IMG/VR virus record: IMGVR_UViG_3300037296_000114
Span: 1-61,371 of that record
Direction: 5' to 3' (one strand)
Length of the DNA: 61,371 bases
Source: a virus
Lineage: Duplodnaviria; Caudoviricetes
This document shows positions 45,501 through 54,119 of the stretch, one piece after another; the first letter of the stretch is position 1; every line of letters begins with the position of its first letter. Below the pieces are notes generated by a model. It did not search any database and was not told the origin of the DNA. It saw only the letters and a list, made by a program, of their open reading frames with translations. The position numbers and the translations under genes were made by a program.

Positions 45501-48500
45501 GAGACTTTGCGCTATCCGCAGCAAGCAGTGGGTCAGTTTCCATCTGCTCAAGGTTCATGCTGATCCCCTCATATGTCCGTTCGCGGCGCAGATACTGGCC
45601 GTCTTGGGTCAATGAGGACGACATGATCTGTTGCAACGGGACACCGCCCTGCGTGATAATGTCTTCCAGCTTGGAAATATCAGGCGCAGCCAACTGAATG
45701 TTGGTTTTGAAGTACAGCGACATGACGGCTGGGTTCTTTGCAAAGGTCGCAGAAGAGAAGAAAACTCCATTCTCCGAGTCCGCCAGCAATCCACGGATGA
45801 ACACAGAGCGCGGCTCCGGCCCCTCTGGGTCAGTGCGCCCAGCCGCCGTGCCGCCTGCTTCGTGGCTTTCGTCCAAGATGAACATGGCATTTGGCGCAAT
45901 GGCTTTGATCGCGTCCATGCGCTCCGTAACCTTGCCTTTCTGGGTGTTCATCTGGTCGTAGGTCGTGAAGATTACCTTCTTGCCCTTCGGCAATTTGCTG
46001 GTCTTCCTCAATGCTGTGATCGCATTGCCTTGCGCGGCCTTTGTCAGCGACATGAGTTTGTCCGCTGGGTTGTCCTCGGAAAGAGGAATTGCCTTACTGC
46101 CGCGCAAATCGTTGGTCGGGAAGGCGTACTTATCCGCGTCCTTCTCGCCAATGTCGCGCAGATCGCGAACCATATCACCAAACAGACCGGGCTTAACCGT
46201 GACGAAAACAGGCAACTTACCCGAACGGATGGCGTAACGGATCATAGCTGCGTTAATCCGGCCCTTCCCTACGCCGGTCTGGTCCCCGATGATGAAGCCC
46301 TTGCCATTTTCGATGTTGTCAATAGCAAGGGCCGCCGCGTCGACCTGCTCGGCGCTGAACGCGCCCTGTGTGCCTTCGGTGCCTTTTGTCGTGGGTTGAT
46401 TGAGCGCGCTATGGAAAGCCTGCATTGCAACCTTGCCCTCTTCCCCAACCCAAGACCAGACGGTATCGCCGTCCGTAATGTCAAAGTCCTCGCCAAACAT
46501 ATCATCAACGCGACCGCTGCTGATATAATTGTAGATAGAGTTAGATATGGAAGCATCGAAATCGAACGCCTGTGTGGTCCTCTCATCCCAAAGCGCGATG
46601 TAATCGCCAGTCATATCATCCCAAAGTCGAATTTGGATTGAGTTGTTCGATGATGATTTACTTACATTACGAACAGCCCTCGCGTGTATCTCAACGCTGT
46701 AACCCTCTGGAGTTTGGACGCCCCCATACGAAGCCCAGCCGCTCTCCCCCTCTGGCGCGCTCCATTCATCCATAGCGTTCCCAAAGTGAAGTATTCCGTC
46801 AGTTCCTTGCGTGCCTTCGGTGCCAAGCATTTCATCAATGGTATAGCCCAGCTTGTCAGCAACGAAGCTGTCAATATCGCCAACGCGCGCCTCAAGTTCA
46901 TCAAGCGCGCGGCTGGCTGCCTCCTGCATGTTTTTTGGGACAAGGGTGCCTACGGCAAACTTCGCACCGGAGCGCGGCGCATACTGCACCTGAAAGTCTG
47001 TTTCAGCCTCTTGGTTGTCGCGCTCTACCGGCTTCCGTTTTACGGGTAGAGGTTTGCCAGAAATGTCTCCAGCGTTTCCACTTGGAGCGCCTGCATTGCT
47101 TCCTTGCTGTCCTGCATTGCTTCCGGCTGGATCGGCCACGTCTGGACGCGCCCCGCCGTCTTGTTGTGCAGTGTCTCGCTCTCCATCGCCAGAAGGTGCC
47201 CCAGATTGCGCGGGTCGTCCGCTGGTGTCAGGCTGTCGTTCTCCCACATCGGCGCTGCTGCCATCGCCACGGGGTCCAGATTGTCCGCCTGCGCTTGGGT
47301 TGCCAGTCGGTCGATCTTGTCCGCCAGCAGGCCGCGATACGCCACCAGCGTCAGGGGCTTGACCGGTTTGCGCATCCGTATCGCCCCCAGATAGTTCTCG
47401 CTGCCCTCTGGGGTCCAAGTTATCCGTGCGTCCATCGAGCCTGCTCCTGAAATCTAGCCAGTTGGTATAAACCGTTGGTGCTTCCTTCATAGGATACACC
47501 TTTTCGGACGGTTTGCGACCATCAATCACGATCACGTCAACCGGCCAGCCTGCACCTTGCCGCTCGTACAGGCGCCCGTCAACGGTGAAGTGTTCCGTCA
47601 CATTGTAGGTATCGTACAGTTTCTTGTAGAATTTGCGCGATTGAGCGCCACGATACTTCGCCTTGCGTGCATCCGCGTCGCCTTGGTGTCCGCCAACGAT
47701 AAGGACCGCCTTGCCGTCTGGCTTCATTGCATCCAGCGCGCGGAAGGAAATAGCGTGGTCAATCTCCGTCGTGGTGCCATCCTGCCCAGAAATGGGGAAT
47801 TTGACTGTTTTTCCGTCCTGCATCTTCACCTTTCCGAATGGCGGGTTGGCGATAACCACGTCCCTCGCCCCCGGCTGATCTACGGTCATGGCGTCGGCGT
47901 TGGTGATCGTCGCCCCCGGCAGTGCATTGCGCAACTGCCCGTAGCGGTCTGCGTTCAACTCATTGGCCGTGACGTTGGTGTCACTCGCAGAGATTGCCAG
48001 CATGCCATTGCCCGCGCTCGGCTCGTAGATCGTCGTGTTCTGGTCGATCCCGACAAGGTGCGAGGCGAGGAAGGCCAGCGGCGCGGGCGTCGAGTACGCT
48101 TGCTGCTCAATGCTGGTGCTGGTGCGCTGCGCCAGCTTCGGTTGTGAGGCGTAGAGCGCAACAAGATAACCGTATTTCTCCTTTGGGCTGCCATCCTGCG
48201 CCGCAATCGCGCGGGCACGCTCAACGATAGCGGCCTCGATCGCTTCCTCCACCATCTTGAGGTCAGGCTCGGTCAGCGTGCGGCCAAGAACCTCGGCGGC
48301 CTCTTTGCGCGCCTGCACGATTGTCGTGTACGATTTTCCGTCCTTGAACGCGGCATAGAAATGCCTGGTGATCTTCGTGCGCTCCGCCTGCCCGCCAGCC
48401 TTGAGCGCGGGGGTCGGTTCTGTTGTCGGTGTGGGTTCTGGCGTCGTCTCTGGCTTTACCTCTGCCGCGCGCAGATCCCGAACCGCCTGCAAAACCTCTT

Positions 48501-51500
48501 GGCTGGTCTGCATGCCGGTAAGGTCCTGACCGTCGAGGTCCATGTCGTCGCGCAACTGGTTGTAGGCGTTGCGGGCGATGGGCTGCGCCTGCTCAAGCGT
48601 CAGGCCAACGCCGTCCATAAGAGCCTTGATGAAGTCGGTAAACCGGCGCTTACCCTGCCGAATGTAGAGCGTGCCCATACGATAGGCGATCTGCACCAGC
48701 TTTGGGTCAAGCCCGCTGTTGATCTGGCCCTTCATCATCGCGGCCATTTCGGCCTCAAGGGCGTCGAGTTCCGCGCTTTCTGCTTCGGACAGGCCCGCGC
48801 GTTTCTTGACCGGCTCTTGATTTTGGGCGGTGCTTTCCTGCGCCTCGCCTTCGTTTACTGGCGCTGCGTTCTTGATCGGCTTTTCGTTTTTGGACTGCCG
48901 CTCAACCTCCGGCCCGAATATCGCCTGCTTGAGCGCTTCGTGCTGGTCTCCATCAAGCGTCTTGGACACATCTGAAAGCATAGGTATCTGCTGGAATAGA
49001 TCGCTGACGCCTGCATTTTTCAGGGCGGTACGGCGCAAGTCTGGGTTGTTTGTCCACCACCAATCCATACGGCGGGGACCGCGCGGTTGTGGATTGAGCG
49101 GTTCAGTTTGGTTGCTGTCAGCCTTCACGCCCAGCGGCCCCATGCCATCGAGCGGCGCAATCTGCGGCGGTGACTTGCGCGGGGCTGGCTTTGGTCGCGC
49201 TTCCTTGTTGGCGTTAAGTTCCGCCTCAAATTCTGGCGTAATGAATAGGAATTGACCACGGCGCACGATCTTCTTCTGCTCCAGCAGTTTTGTCGTGACC
49301 CAAAGCGCCTCTGCGCGGTCATACTTCGGGATGCCCTGCGCCTCATAGCCTTCGCTGTTGGCGGGGGTTAGTGCGAAGCTATTCCCCTGCTGCGTGCCGC
49401 TCACCATGCCAGCCTTCGAGACAAGTTCGTCAATTCGGCTCTGTGTGGGTTCGGTCGTTCCCGCGCTTTCCAGTAGGCGGCGAGCCTCGTCGGGCTTCAT
49501 TTTCTGAAACTCAAGCCCCATAGTTACCTGCTGGATAACAACCTGTTTCAAATCATCGGAAAGATCGGCGGGCTTTTTCGTATCCTGATCCTTGAGCCAG
49601 CCCTTGAAGCTGGAAACGTCCGTGCTGTTGATCCCGCCCATGCGCTTGTCACCGGACCCATCGGAGAACCCAGCGCGATACAGCTTCAAAGCCTCGTCTT
49701 GGCTGGTGGTGCCCAAGATAACCTTATGCTCGTCAAACTTACCGGTTTTCGGGTCGACCTGATTGATGATGTGAACCGTGTTGCTGTCGGGGTTGTCGCC
49801 CATGTAGAAGTCGATGGGGTCACCATCCGCGCCCTCGGTGCGTTTTATGTCGCCGTAGTGCGCGGGCATGGTCACAGACCACTCATTGCCGTCTGGGTCC
49901 GTGCCCTTACGCTCTCCCCCCTTGGCAGTCTCGATCACCAGCGGCATACCGTTCCATGAGAACCGGCCCTTCTTGTAATTCCCCGCCTCTGCCTGCGCGG
50001 GTGTCGGCTCTGGCGCTACCTGCGCGGCCTCGGCCTCGATCTTGGCGGCAATTTCGTTTTTCCTTTTGATCCCAGCCCGCTCGCCGTCTACTTTGCGCTG
50101 ATTGTCAAATTCAGCCTGTTTTTGCATACGCTTGACCAGTTCCTGCTGTTCAAGGATGCGCAAGCCTACGTCTTTACCGCGACGGCCGTTTGAAACCATG
50201 CCCTCTGACGCTTGTTCAGCCTTCATGTCAGACAGATCGTTCAGCGCGTCGGAGAGTGCATAGCCGCTATCTCCGACTTGTGGGCGCGGGGTGCCGTCAG
50301 GGGGTGTCGGGCCGGTCGGCGCCGGTGCCATCGCGGCGATAGCGGCCTCAACCTTGTCGGTATGCTTGCGGGAGAAGATGAACCCGCCCGCGCGCTCGTC
50401 CCATTTCAGGGAGATATTGCCCACGTCTGGCGGGCTGTCTTTGGGCACGCCTTTCAAAACGGCCGCTTTCTCGCGGATATTTTCTATGGTGGGATTAACC
50501 GCGGGGATTTGTGCGGGGGCTGCGACACTAGGCGTGGCAGGAGGCGTGTCGAACATGTCGGTTTGATCCCGCGCGCCGGTATCGAACAGGCCAAAGTCTG
50601 TGGCCGCGTCGCCGCCGCGCTTGGGCTTTTTGGCTTGGAGTTCAGCGCGGTCCTTGTCAGTGACCGGAGCAACGCCCTCGATCAGCGTCTGTTCGCCTTC
50701 CGGTGTCTGCTCTGTGGCTGGCTGTGTGGACTTGAGGGCGCGGTATCCAATCGTGTCCAGTTCCCCGTTCACAATCTCGGTGAGGCTGGCGAGGTCCGTC
50801 CATGCGTCCCCACCAATGCCTTCTTTCGTCAGGCCCACCTGCTTTGCCGCGTGGCGGGCTTTGGGCAGGTTGCTCCACCAGCGGTCCTGTAGGGCTGGCT
50901 CCGGCCCTACTTGGGCTGTTTGGCTTCCAGCGCCGTCAGGATTTCCATCTTGCGCGCCGCCTGCGCCCTCTGTTCCGGCGTCGCGTTCGGGTCGCTGTTC
51001 ACCTTCTGCGAATGGGTCCGTACCAACTGCGCCGTCTTGTCCCTGTGTTTCTTGCTCAAGGAGAGGGGGGCCGGAATTTTCGCCGTCGTCTGATTGTTCT
51101 GTGGCACTGGTTTGATCCTCTTCAATCCCGTTTCTCAACTGCCACCATACAGCATCCTCTGCAACGCCGCCATACTCGCGCAGGCGGGCGTCAATCTCGT
51201 AGTATTCCGTCGGTGTCAGGGTGATACCAATGCGCTGCTCTACGCCGGTCAGGACGGAGCGCATGCGGATGCCGTAGTTTTCGCCCGCGTCGAAGTCGTC
51301 CATTTCAGAATACGGGGCCATCGCTACTGTTGCCCAATCCTCTGAAATGGGGTCAATCTCGATCATGCCCTGATCATCGACGGCAATGCCTTGGCTTTCG
51401 AGTTCAGCCATTTCCGCCTTATAATCAGCGACGGCCTGCGCCTCGATCTGGCTTGTATCCTGCACCGGACGGCCTGCTGCCTCTTCGGCCAGCGCACTAA

Positions 51501-53736
51501 TCAGCGCGTCGCGGTCGAGGTATCCGTTGTCGTCGTTCTGGATCAAATAGCCAAAATCGCCAAATTCGCTGGCGGGCAGGTTATCAAGATCCTTCAATCC
51601 GTCATTTCTGAACAGGCCCATTGTCGTCTGCGGTGTCACGCCAAGGTTTTTCAGTTCGATCCCTGCGGGGCTGTTGGGGTCGACGTAGATGTTGTTGGAC
51701 TTCATGAAGTTTGTGAGGGGCCGCTTTTGCAGCTTGGGCGCGCCCTCCTTCTGCGGCCGTCGCGCGTGCGCGGGCGGAATGACTGCGGGGGCTGCGACAC
51801 TTGCGACTTCCGCGACAACTGGCGATTCCTCTGCTACGGGCTGGCTCAATGGCGTGACCGCAGTTACCTGCACATCACCGGCTTCAATCTCGGCGCGCGG
51901 GATGAAGAACGGGTTGCCGTCCTGCTCGAACGTGATGCCTTCGTCCGTCTCTTCTTGGAAAGTGGCGTCGATGGGCTTTCCCCCAGGCACTGTGATCGAG
52001 ACGCGCGACCCTTTGGGCTGGTTGCGGGCAAGCGGCTGCAATGCCTCTGGCTCTGGCGCGACGGCGGGCGCTTGTTCTGCGGCGCGGCCTACGGGGCCGG
52101 TCGGCTTCGGCGGGACGTTCATCATTCCCGCCATTTCAGCCTCAAGGGCCGCCAATTCGGCTTCCTCTTGATCCGTCAGGCCATTCAGCGGCACCGGTGG
52201 AGGCGTTGCGTCCGCCGGTGCGGGCATGGGGGCCGCCGTAGTATCTGCGCCGGTCGGCACCGGTGGGGCGAGTTGAGGTGGCGGCCCTGCTGGTGCAGCG
52301 CCGCCGTCACCCTGCGGCAGCGGCGGGGGTGCGCGCTTTGGTGCTGGTAGCGCAAGTGGCGGATCTGCCTCCGCTTTCTGGCCGTTCATCGCGCCGGATG
52401 CGCCGCCGACAACACCACCGCCAAGGGCGCCAAGCATGAAATTGTTGAGGCTGTCCGCCGTCAGGTCCACCTCCATCTGCGCAGCTTGGCTCAATCCAAA
52501 CTTTGAAGCCACACCCTCCGCGACTTCCTGCAAACCCTCTTCTGCGCCGGAAATAGCGGCGGTCCCTGCAATGCGTGTCGCCGCCCCACGTCCAGCGAGG
52601 CTGGCGAGTGGCCTTGATACGATTGCACCGGTCGCTGCACCGCCAAGCGCACCGGGCACGGCGGCCCAGCCTGCCGCAAGCTGCTGTGCTGCCATCGACA
52701 CAATGTCAGCCGCTTCCTCTTCCGATTTGCCGCTGGCAATGAGCGCCTGATACTGCTTACTTTCGCGCGCCAGCTTTGAGACGCCGCTTTCGTCCTTGTC
52801 TGCCAGTAGCGCCTTGATGTCCTCACGCGCCTGATCCGCCCCAGCGCCGGCCGATTGCGCGCCGCCAGCGGCAGCGCCTGCCAACGAACTGCCGCGCGTA
52901 GCCAGCGCTGCGATAATAACCGGCCCCATGCTGCCCAAAACGTCTGCTGTGAGGTGCGCCAGACCTGTCGCGCTCGGCGCTTCCGGCATTTCCCATGTGG
53001 AGGGCTTGAAGAGGTCACCCTTGAACGTAGAACCCTGCATTGCCTCGGTGGAGCCTTTGCTGATGAAGCCCGCAACCTGATCGGCTTTGCCTTTAAGATA
53101 TTCATTGGCTGCACGTCCGCCTTTCGCGCCCATGCCCTCGCGGGGGTCTACGCGCTTCGCGTCCATGATCGGCATGCCGTTTTCATCGGTCCCGACTTGC
53201 TCACTGACAATCTCGCGGCCTACACCGGATGCAGCATCCATCCCACGCCCTGCGCCCTCTGCGGCCATCCCGACACCTTTGACGAACCCGCTGGCGCCAC
53301 GAAGCGCCACGCCACCCAAGCCGCCGATACCGTCAGACTGTGAAGCCCCTGCGCTTGCGTCCGGTGCTGGTGTCGCGGCGCTGCCCACGCCCTTGCCAAT
53401 CTCGACCGCACGCCCAAGGATAGCAGAAGTATCAACGCCTTCACCGAACGCCTCGCGCATGGCGTCCTGCATGCCTTTACCGGATGATAGTGATTGGCCG
53501 ATTGCCCCTGACGCCTTCGAGGTGAAATCGTTGAGTTGCGCGGGGTCCGTGATACCAGACGCTTCTGCAATCGCCTCGATTACGTTTGTGGGTACTCTGG
53601 TGGTCCGTGCAAGATCCTCGAAGCCTACGCCAGCGGGGGCTTTCGGCGCTTGGTCAGATATAATGCCGCGCGTTCTGGTGTCTGCGCGCTCTGTTGCAAT
53701 CTGGACGGGGGATTTCGAGAAGATGTTATCAGCCAC
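39550..53736 (-). CDS. Giant DarB-like polyvalent virion protein (~4728 aa): InPase-like domain, N6-MTase, Strawberry-notch SF2 helicase, HExxH, PLxRFG
   Basis: GTG start with GAGG SD; AGNYKKG...DGDPID...FDEHK; YSTP..EPSAGNG..NPPF; GDQTGVGKGR..DESH..SATF; HEIIH; YFPLSRFG. Confidence 0.9.
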   Translation of the reverse strand: MADNIFSKSPVQIATERADTRTRGIISDQAPKAPAGVGFEDLARTTRVPTNVIEAIAEASGITDPAQLNDFTSKASGAIGQSLSSGKGMQDAMREAFGEGVDTSAILGRAVEIGKGVGSAATPAPDASAGASQSDGIGGLGGVALRGASGFVKGVGMAAEGAGRGMDAASGVGREIVSEQVGTDENGMPIMDAKRVDPREGMGAKGGRAANEYLKGKADQVAGFISKGSTEAMQGSTFKGDLFKPSTWEMPEAPSATGLAHLTADVLGSMGPVIIAALATRGSSLAGAAAGGAQSAGAGADQAREDIKALLADKDESGVSKLARESKQYQALIASGKSEEEAADIVSMAAQQLAAGWAAVPGALGGAATGAIVSRPLASLAGRGAATRIAGTAAISGAEEGLQEVAEGVASKFGLSQAAQMEVDLTADSLNNFMLGALGGGVVGGASGAMNGQKAEADPPLALPAPKRAPPPLPQGDGGAAPAGPPPQLAPPVPTGADTTAAPMPAPADATPPPVPLNGLTDQEEAELAALEAEMAGMMNVPPKPTGPVGRAAEQAPAVAPEPEALQPLARNQPKGSRVSITVPGGKPIDATFQEETDEGITFEQDGNPFFIPRAEIEAGDVQVTAVTPLSQPVAEESPVVAEVASVAAPAVIPPAHARRPQKEGAPKLQKRPLTNFMKSNNIYVDPNSPAGIELKNLGVTPQTTMGLFRNDGLKDLDNLPASEFGDFGYLIQNDDNGYLDRDALISALAEEAAGRPVQDTSQIEAQAVADYKAEMAELESQGIAVDDQGMIEIDPISEDWATVAMAPYSEMDDFDAGENYGIRMRSVLTGVEQRIGITLTPTEYYEIDARLREYGGVAEDAVWWQLRNGIEEDQTSATEQSDDGENSGPPLLEQETQGQDGAVGTDPFAEGEQRPERDAGTEGAGGAQDGNPDGAGSQTAQVGPEPALQDRWWSNLPKARHAAKQVGLTKEGIGGDAWTDLASLTEIVNGELDTIGYRALKSTQPATEQTPEGEQTLIEGVAPVTDKDRAELQAKKPKRGGDAATDFGLFDTGARDQTDMFDTPPATPSVAAPAQIPAVNPTIENIREKAAVLKGVPKDSPPDVGNISLKWDERAGGFIFSRKHTDKVEAAIAAMAPAPTGPTPPDGTPRPQVGDSGYALSDALNDLSDMKAEQASEGMVSNGRRGKDVGLRILEQQELVKRMQKQAEFDNQRKVDGERAGIKRKNEIAAKIEAEAAQVAPEPTPAQAEAGNYKKGRFSWNGMPLVIETAKGGERKGTDPDGNEWSVTMPAHYGDIKRTEGADGDPIDFYMGDNPDSNTVHIINQVDPKTGKFDEHKVILGTTSQDEALKLYRAGFSDGSGDKRMGGINSTDVSSFKGWLKDQDTKKPADLSDDLKQVVIQQVTMGLEFQKMKPDEARRLLESAGTTEPTQSRIDELVSKAGMVSGTQQGNSFALTPANSEGYEAQGIPKYDRAEALWVTTKLLEQKKIVRRGQFLFITPEFEAELNANKEARPKPAPRKSPPQIAPLDGMGPLGVKADSNQTEPLNPQPRGPRRMDWWWTNNPDLRRTALKNAGVSDLFQQIPMLSDVSKTLDGDQHEALKQAIFGPEVERQSKNEKPIKNAAPVNEGEAQESTAQNQEPVKKRAGLSEAESAELDALEAEMAAMMKGQINSGLDPKLVQIAYRMGTLYIRQGKRRFTDFIKALMDGVGLTLEQAQPIARNAYNQLRDDMDLDGQDLTGMQTSQEVLQAVRDLRAAEVKPETTPEPTPTTEPTPALKAGGQAERTKITRHFYAAFKDGKSYTTIVQARKEAAEVLGRTLTEPDLKMVEEAIEAAIVERARAIAAQDGSPKEKYGYLVALYASQPKLAQRTSTSIEQQAYSTPAPLAFLASHLVGIDQNTTIYEPSAGNGMLAISASDTNVTANELNADRYGQLRNALPGATITNADAMTVDQPGARDVVIANPPFGKVKMQDGKTVKFPISGQDGTTTEIDHAISFRALDAMKPDGKAVLIVGGHQGDADARKAKYRGAQSRKFYKKLYDTYNVTEHFTVDGRLYERQGAGWPVDVIVIDGRKPSEKVYPMKEAPTVYTNWLDFRSRLDGRTDNLDPRGQRELSGGDTDAQTGQAPDAGGVSRPAGGQDRPTGNPSAGGQSGPRGDGSSADVGERQPDTSGRPAQSGAPSGDGERDTAQQDGGARPDVADPAGSNAGQQGSNAGAPSGNAGDISGKPLPVKRKPVERDNQEAETDFQVQYAPRSGAKFAVGTLVPKNMQEAASRALDELEARVGDIDSFVADKLGYTIDEMLGTEGTQGTDGILHFGNAMDEWSAPEGESGWASYGGVQTPEGYSVEIHARAVRNVSKSSSNNSIQIRLWDDMTGDYIALWDERTTQAFDFDASISNSIYNYISSGRVDDMFGEDFDITDGDTVWSWVGEEGKVAMQAFHSALNQPTTKGTEGTQGAFSAEQVDAAALAIDNIENGKGFIIGDQTGVGKGRINAAMIRYAIRSGKLPVFVTVKPGLFGDMVRDLRDIGEKDADKYAFPTNDLRGSKAIPLSEDNPADKLMSLTKAAQGNAITALRKTSKLPKGKKVIFTTYDQMNTQKGKVTERMDAIKAIAPNAMFILDESHEAGGTAAGRTDPEGPEPRSVFIRGLLADSENGVFFSSATFAKNPAVMSLYFKTNIQLAAPDISKLEDIITQGGVPLQQIMSSSLTQDGQYLRRERTYEGISMNLEQMETDPLLAADSAKSLREIFTLDQNFMTDARESFAETYKDEGEGVASDNAVGDAGASSTNFSSIMHNAVNQVLLAIKAEAVVDKAIEAHKRGEKPIIALSNTNAAIMEDYASDEGIAIGDDFDIPFNEILRRYVQRLRRITVKIDENTKEHVNMTDMDVSIHGGEFALEELKRVEAYIDSVDFQGMPASPIDYIRDRLSAAGMNVGEVTGRGKIIKDGKYASRDSSAASNKRQMNQFNSGQMDALIINRSGATGFSLHATAKNDGKVRHMFILQPDPNIDTFMQMLGRVNRTGQIELPKYTIAVSDLAVEKRPAAVLMKKMASLNANTTASKKSAVSLDNVTDFMNKYGDEIVLDYLRENPELAALTGVAIPKNKSTADGIAAKFTGKLAILDPKQVAEIFDDIETLYTSYIQELDSMGQNGLEAKVVELDARTESRTIVSEGTELSSAFGGDTVLEDVDVKVIGKPMTLEQVADSVSKALGGQTPADHMASQIDAINEMTVLEKDKMEAMRPTLEKRLAEAKTDKQKDKAADAINRLDKRIAGFDKAVSDTKDLLHKFKVGKPVMVNVLEKGSTVDSVYGIALGVDLSKMKGNPTALGRAKVSIALASPARTLNVPLLRFAGQESQYDVMNANEATVTRAFTNGLAETREKRQIVTGNIIGGFEKFGRGQIVIYTKDDGTTGQGILMPKDFDAEKALQDQDVTFRDLDQAMQFVDTAGHRDAPALLTSEDGVLKVQRAYSGDYLMTVEKKGGKPYILSPRVREIAGDFSARSGPYNKRLNAENLKAVLKVYQETLGTVLTARTHKDEARTITGETLPDFGTQESRAPAGWGMVDPDTPPPALTNNELRSIQADVDAEIAATGLRGKVPAKVLRTVMNLAEGREVQGAYAKGRGAIQVSARSANGAVGTLRHEIIHALRDAELWGKPYGLFTAAEWKSLVRAARADKATMDRVAGLYPDLNSAQLMEENIAEQYRMWREAGGDTEAGPISKIKSFFEALANVLRGNGFNSQASVMQAIADGGVAGRGDPNPTGPGGGVSESRAPSKAAAKKAAATSKQFVSDVLTQAMAGKSGMNLLALVPGRPLIAEMGRKIPAAQTYLALKQKMDTLRNEKHADTDKLAQRWRKLIGADGKSNTALMDIMHDSTIAGIDPTLPHNPITLTTDEATVRNGDPSTYGYKAANYRLRKEAKRQRDYDDLKERFDALPKAYRDMYRDVRDGYDKIDRDFQEAIVANAAKAMEVTKRRAERAHAERMQEIDDEGLTGKVRDDAIADADAELATVVKKGGWGNLARLRQLRQRFESNKLQGPYFPLSRFGQFQVTVRDKNKKVVSFSLFESARKQRQAAEELRAQGYDVETGVLTTKTMRDAVDPAFVADITGLLDGIDADSAIMDAIWQRWLMTLPDMSMRKTKIHRKGTPGFSGDAFRAYGNHMFHSAHQLARLTYSLDMEEALTVAKAEAARDSDPVRSGLVVDEINKRHEYTMNPKGAAWSQAATSAAFVYYLGMTPAAALVNMTQTVVVGIPVLGAFHGKGGQAKAAAALTKAAADFTRADKLHLTESKHITANEKAAMNTAYDIGAIDRSQSHDLAGIGDSGVEYSAIRTKVMGVISYMFHHAERANREITFLAAYRMAKEKGMDQDAAVKAASDLTWKTHFDYQNTSRPRLMQNDTARVALVFKNFQINMLWRLFRDTHQAINAENQAVKDEARRQLVGITAQMMLNAGIKGTWGYSLLMMFAGMFFAGGGDEAEKEMEKALSAYLPRPVVGAMLNGVPGQALGIDLRSRIGMPDLWFRSSDRELEGEDEYTYWIMQLLGAVPGMAVRILKGADTLAEGVGEGDASKAYRGVETMVPKFIRDPMRAGRYAVDGAETYNGDPIIDTFGTGEIIGQAIGFTPARLSERYDANTRMKNEEKRIMKERSGIMKEAAKSVMKGRGLPESVVGKVKDFNERVPEYPITSKSLKQSIGGRERASVRNEFGIQLNPKLNDRIRDDAAPLLSGK
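46363..46824 (-). repeat. 21-bp direct repeats (each encoding GTEGTQG) flanking a 420-bp in-frame insert
   Basis: 46363-46383 and 46804-46824 are 18/21 identical. Confidence 0.8.
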
Positions 53737-53766
53737 GGCAAACCTCTGCATATGCGGAATGTGGCC

Positions 53767-53785
53767 GCACATCTTGCGCGGGTAT
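53767..53785 (-). promoter_or_regulatory. Putative late promoter motif, copy 3 (upstream of the giant gene)
   Basis: GCACATCTTGCGCGGGTAT, identical to 38578-38596. Confidence 0.7.
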
Positions 53786-53827
53786 GTTGGCGCAACGTAG
53801 CAGAGAGTTAGGCTGTCGGGAAGATGC

Positions 53828-54052
53828 TTAGACTTTGTCTTTGCGCCTGTCGACGGTCCATTCGCGGCGACGGTCTTCCGACCGGACCATGAAGACAGTA
53901 GCCACAACGCCAGACACGGCACCAATGACAGCGGACAGGGCGATATTTCCAGTGATTGCGAAGGCGATAACCCCAAACATTGAAATTAGGCCAATGGCCC
54001 CGAAGATGTAGCCAATAGCTATGGCGACGTTCATGCGTTGAAAATAATCCAT
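53828..54052 (-). CDS. Small two-TM membrane protein (moron-like)
   Basis: 74 aa, hydrophobic with basic tail; AT-rich upstream region with TTGCAT-N17-TATCTA. Confidence 0.7.
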   Translation of the reverse strand: MDYFQRMNVAIAIGYIFGAIGLISMFGVIAFAITGNIALSAVIGAVSGVVATVFMVRSEDRRREWTVDRRKDKV

Positions 54053-54089
54053 ATCATTTAGATAGGACCGTTGGTTTCAAAATGCAACA

Positions 54090-54113
54090 GCGCCGCAAGT
54101 TTCCCTGCGGCGC
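54090..54113. terminator. Stem-loop after the ejection-protein operon
   Basis: GCGCCGCA/TGCGGCGC inverted repeat. Confidence 0.6.
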
Positions 54114-54119
54114 GCTTTG

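Noticed and set aside
46384-46803. Intein or intron in the giant protein
   Set aside because: No C/S...HN splice termini and no homing endonuclease motif; the frame is uninterrupted.
53737-53976. N-terminal extension of the giant ORF as given in the track
   Set aside because: It overlaps a membrane gene and the promoter motif; GTG at 53736 has an SD.
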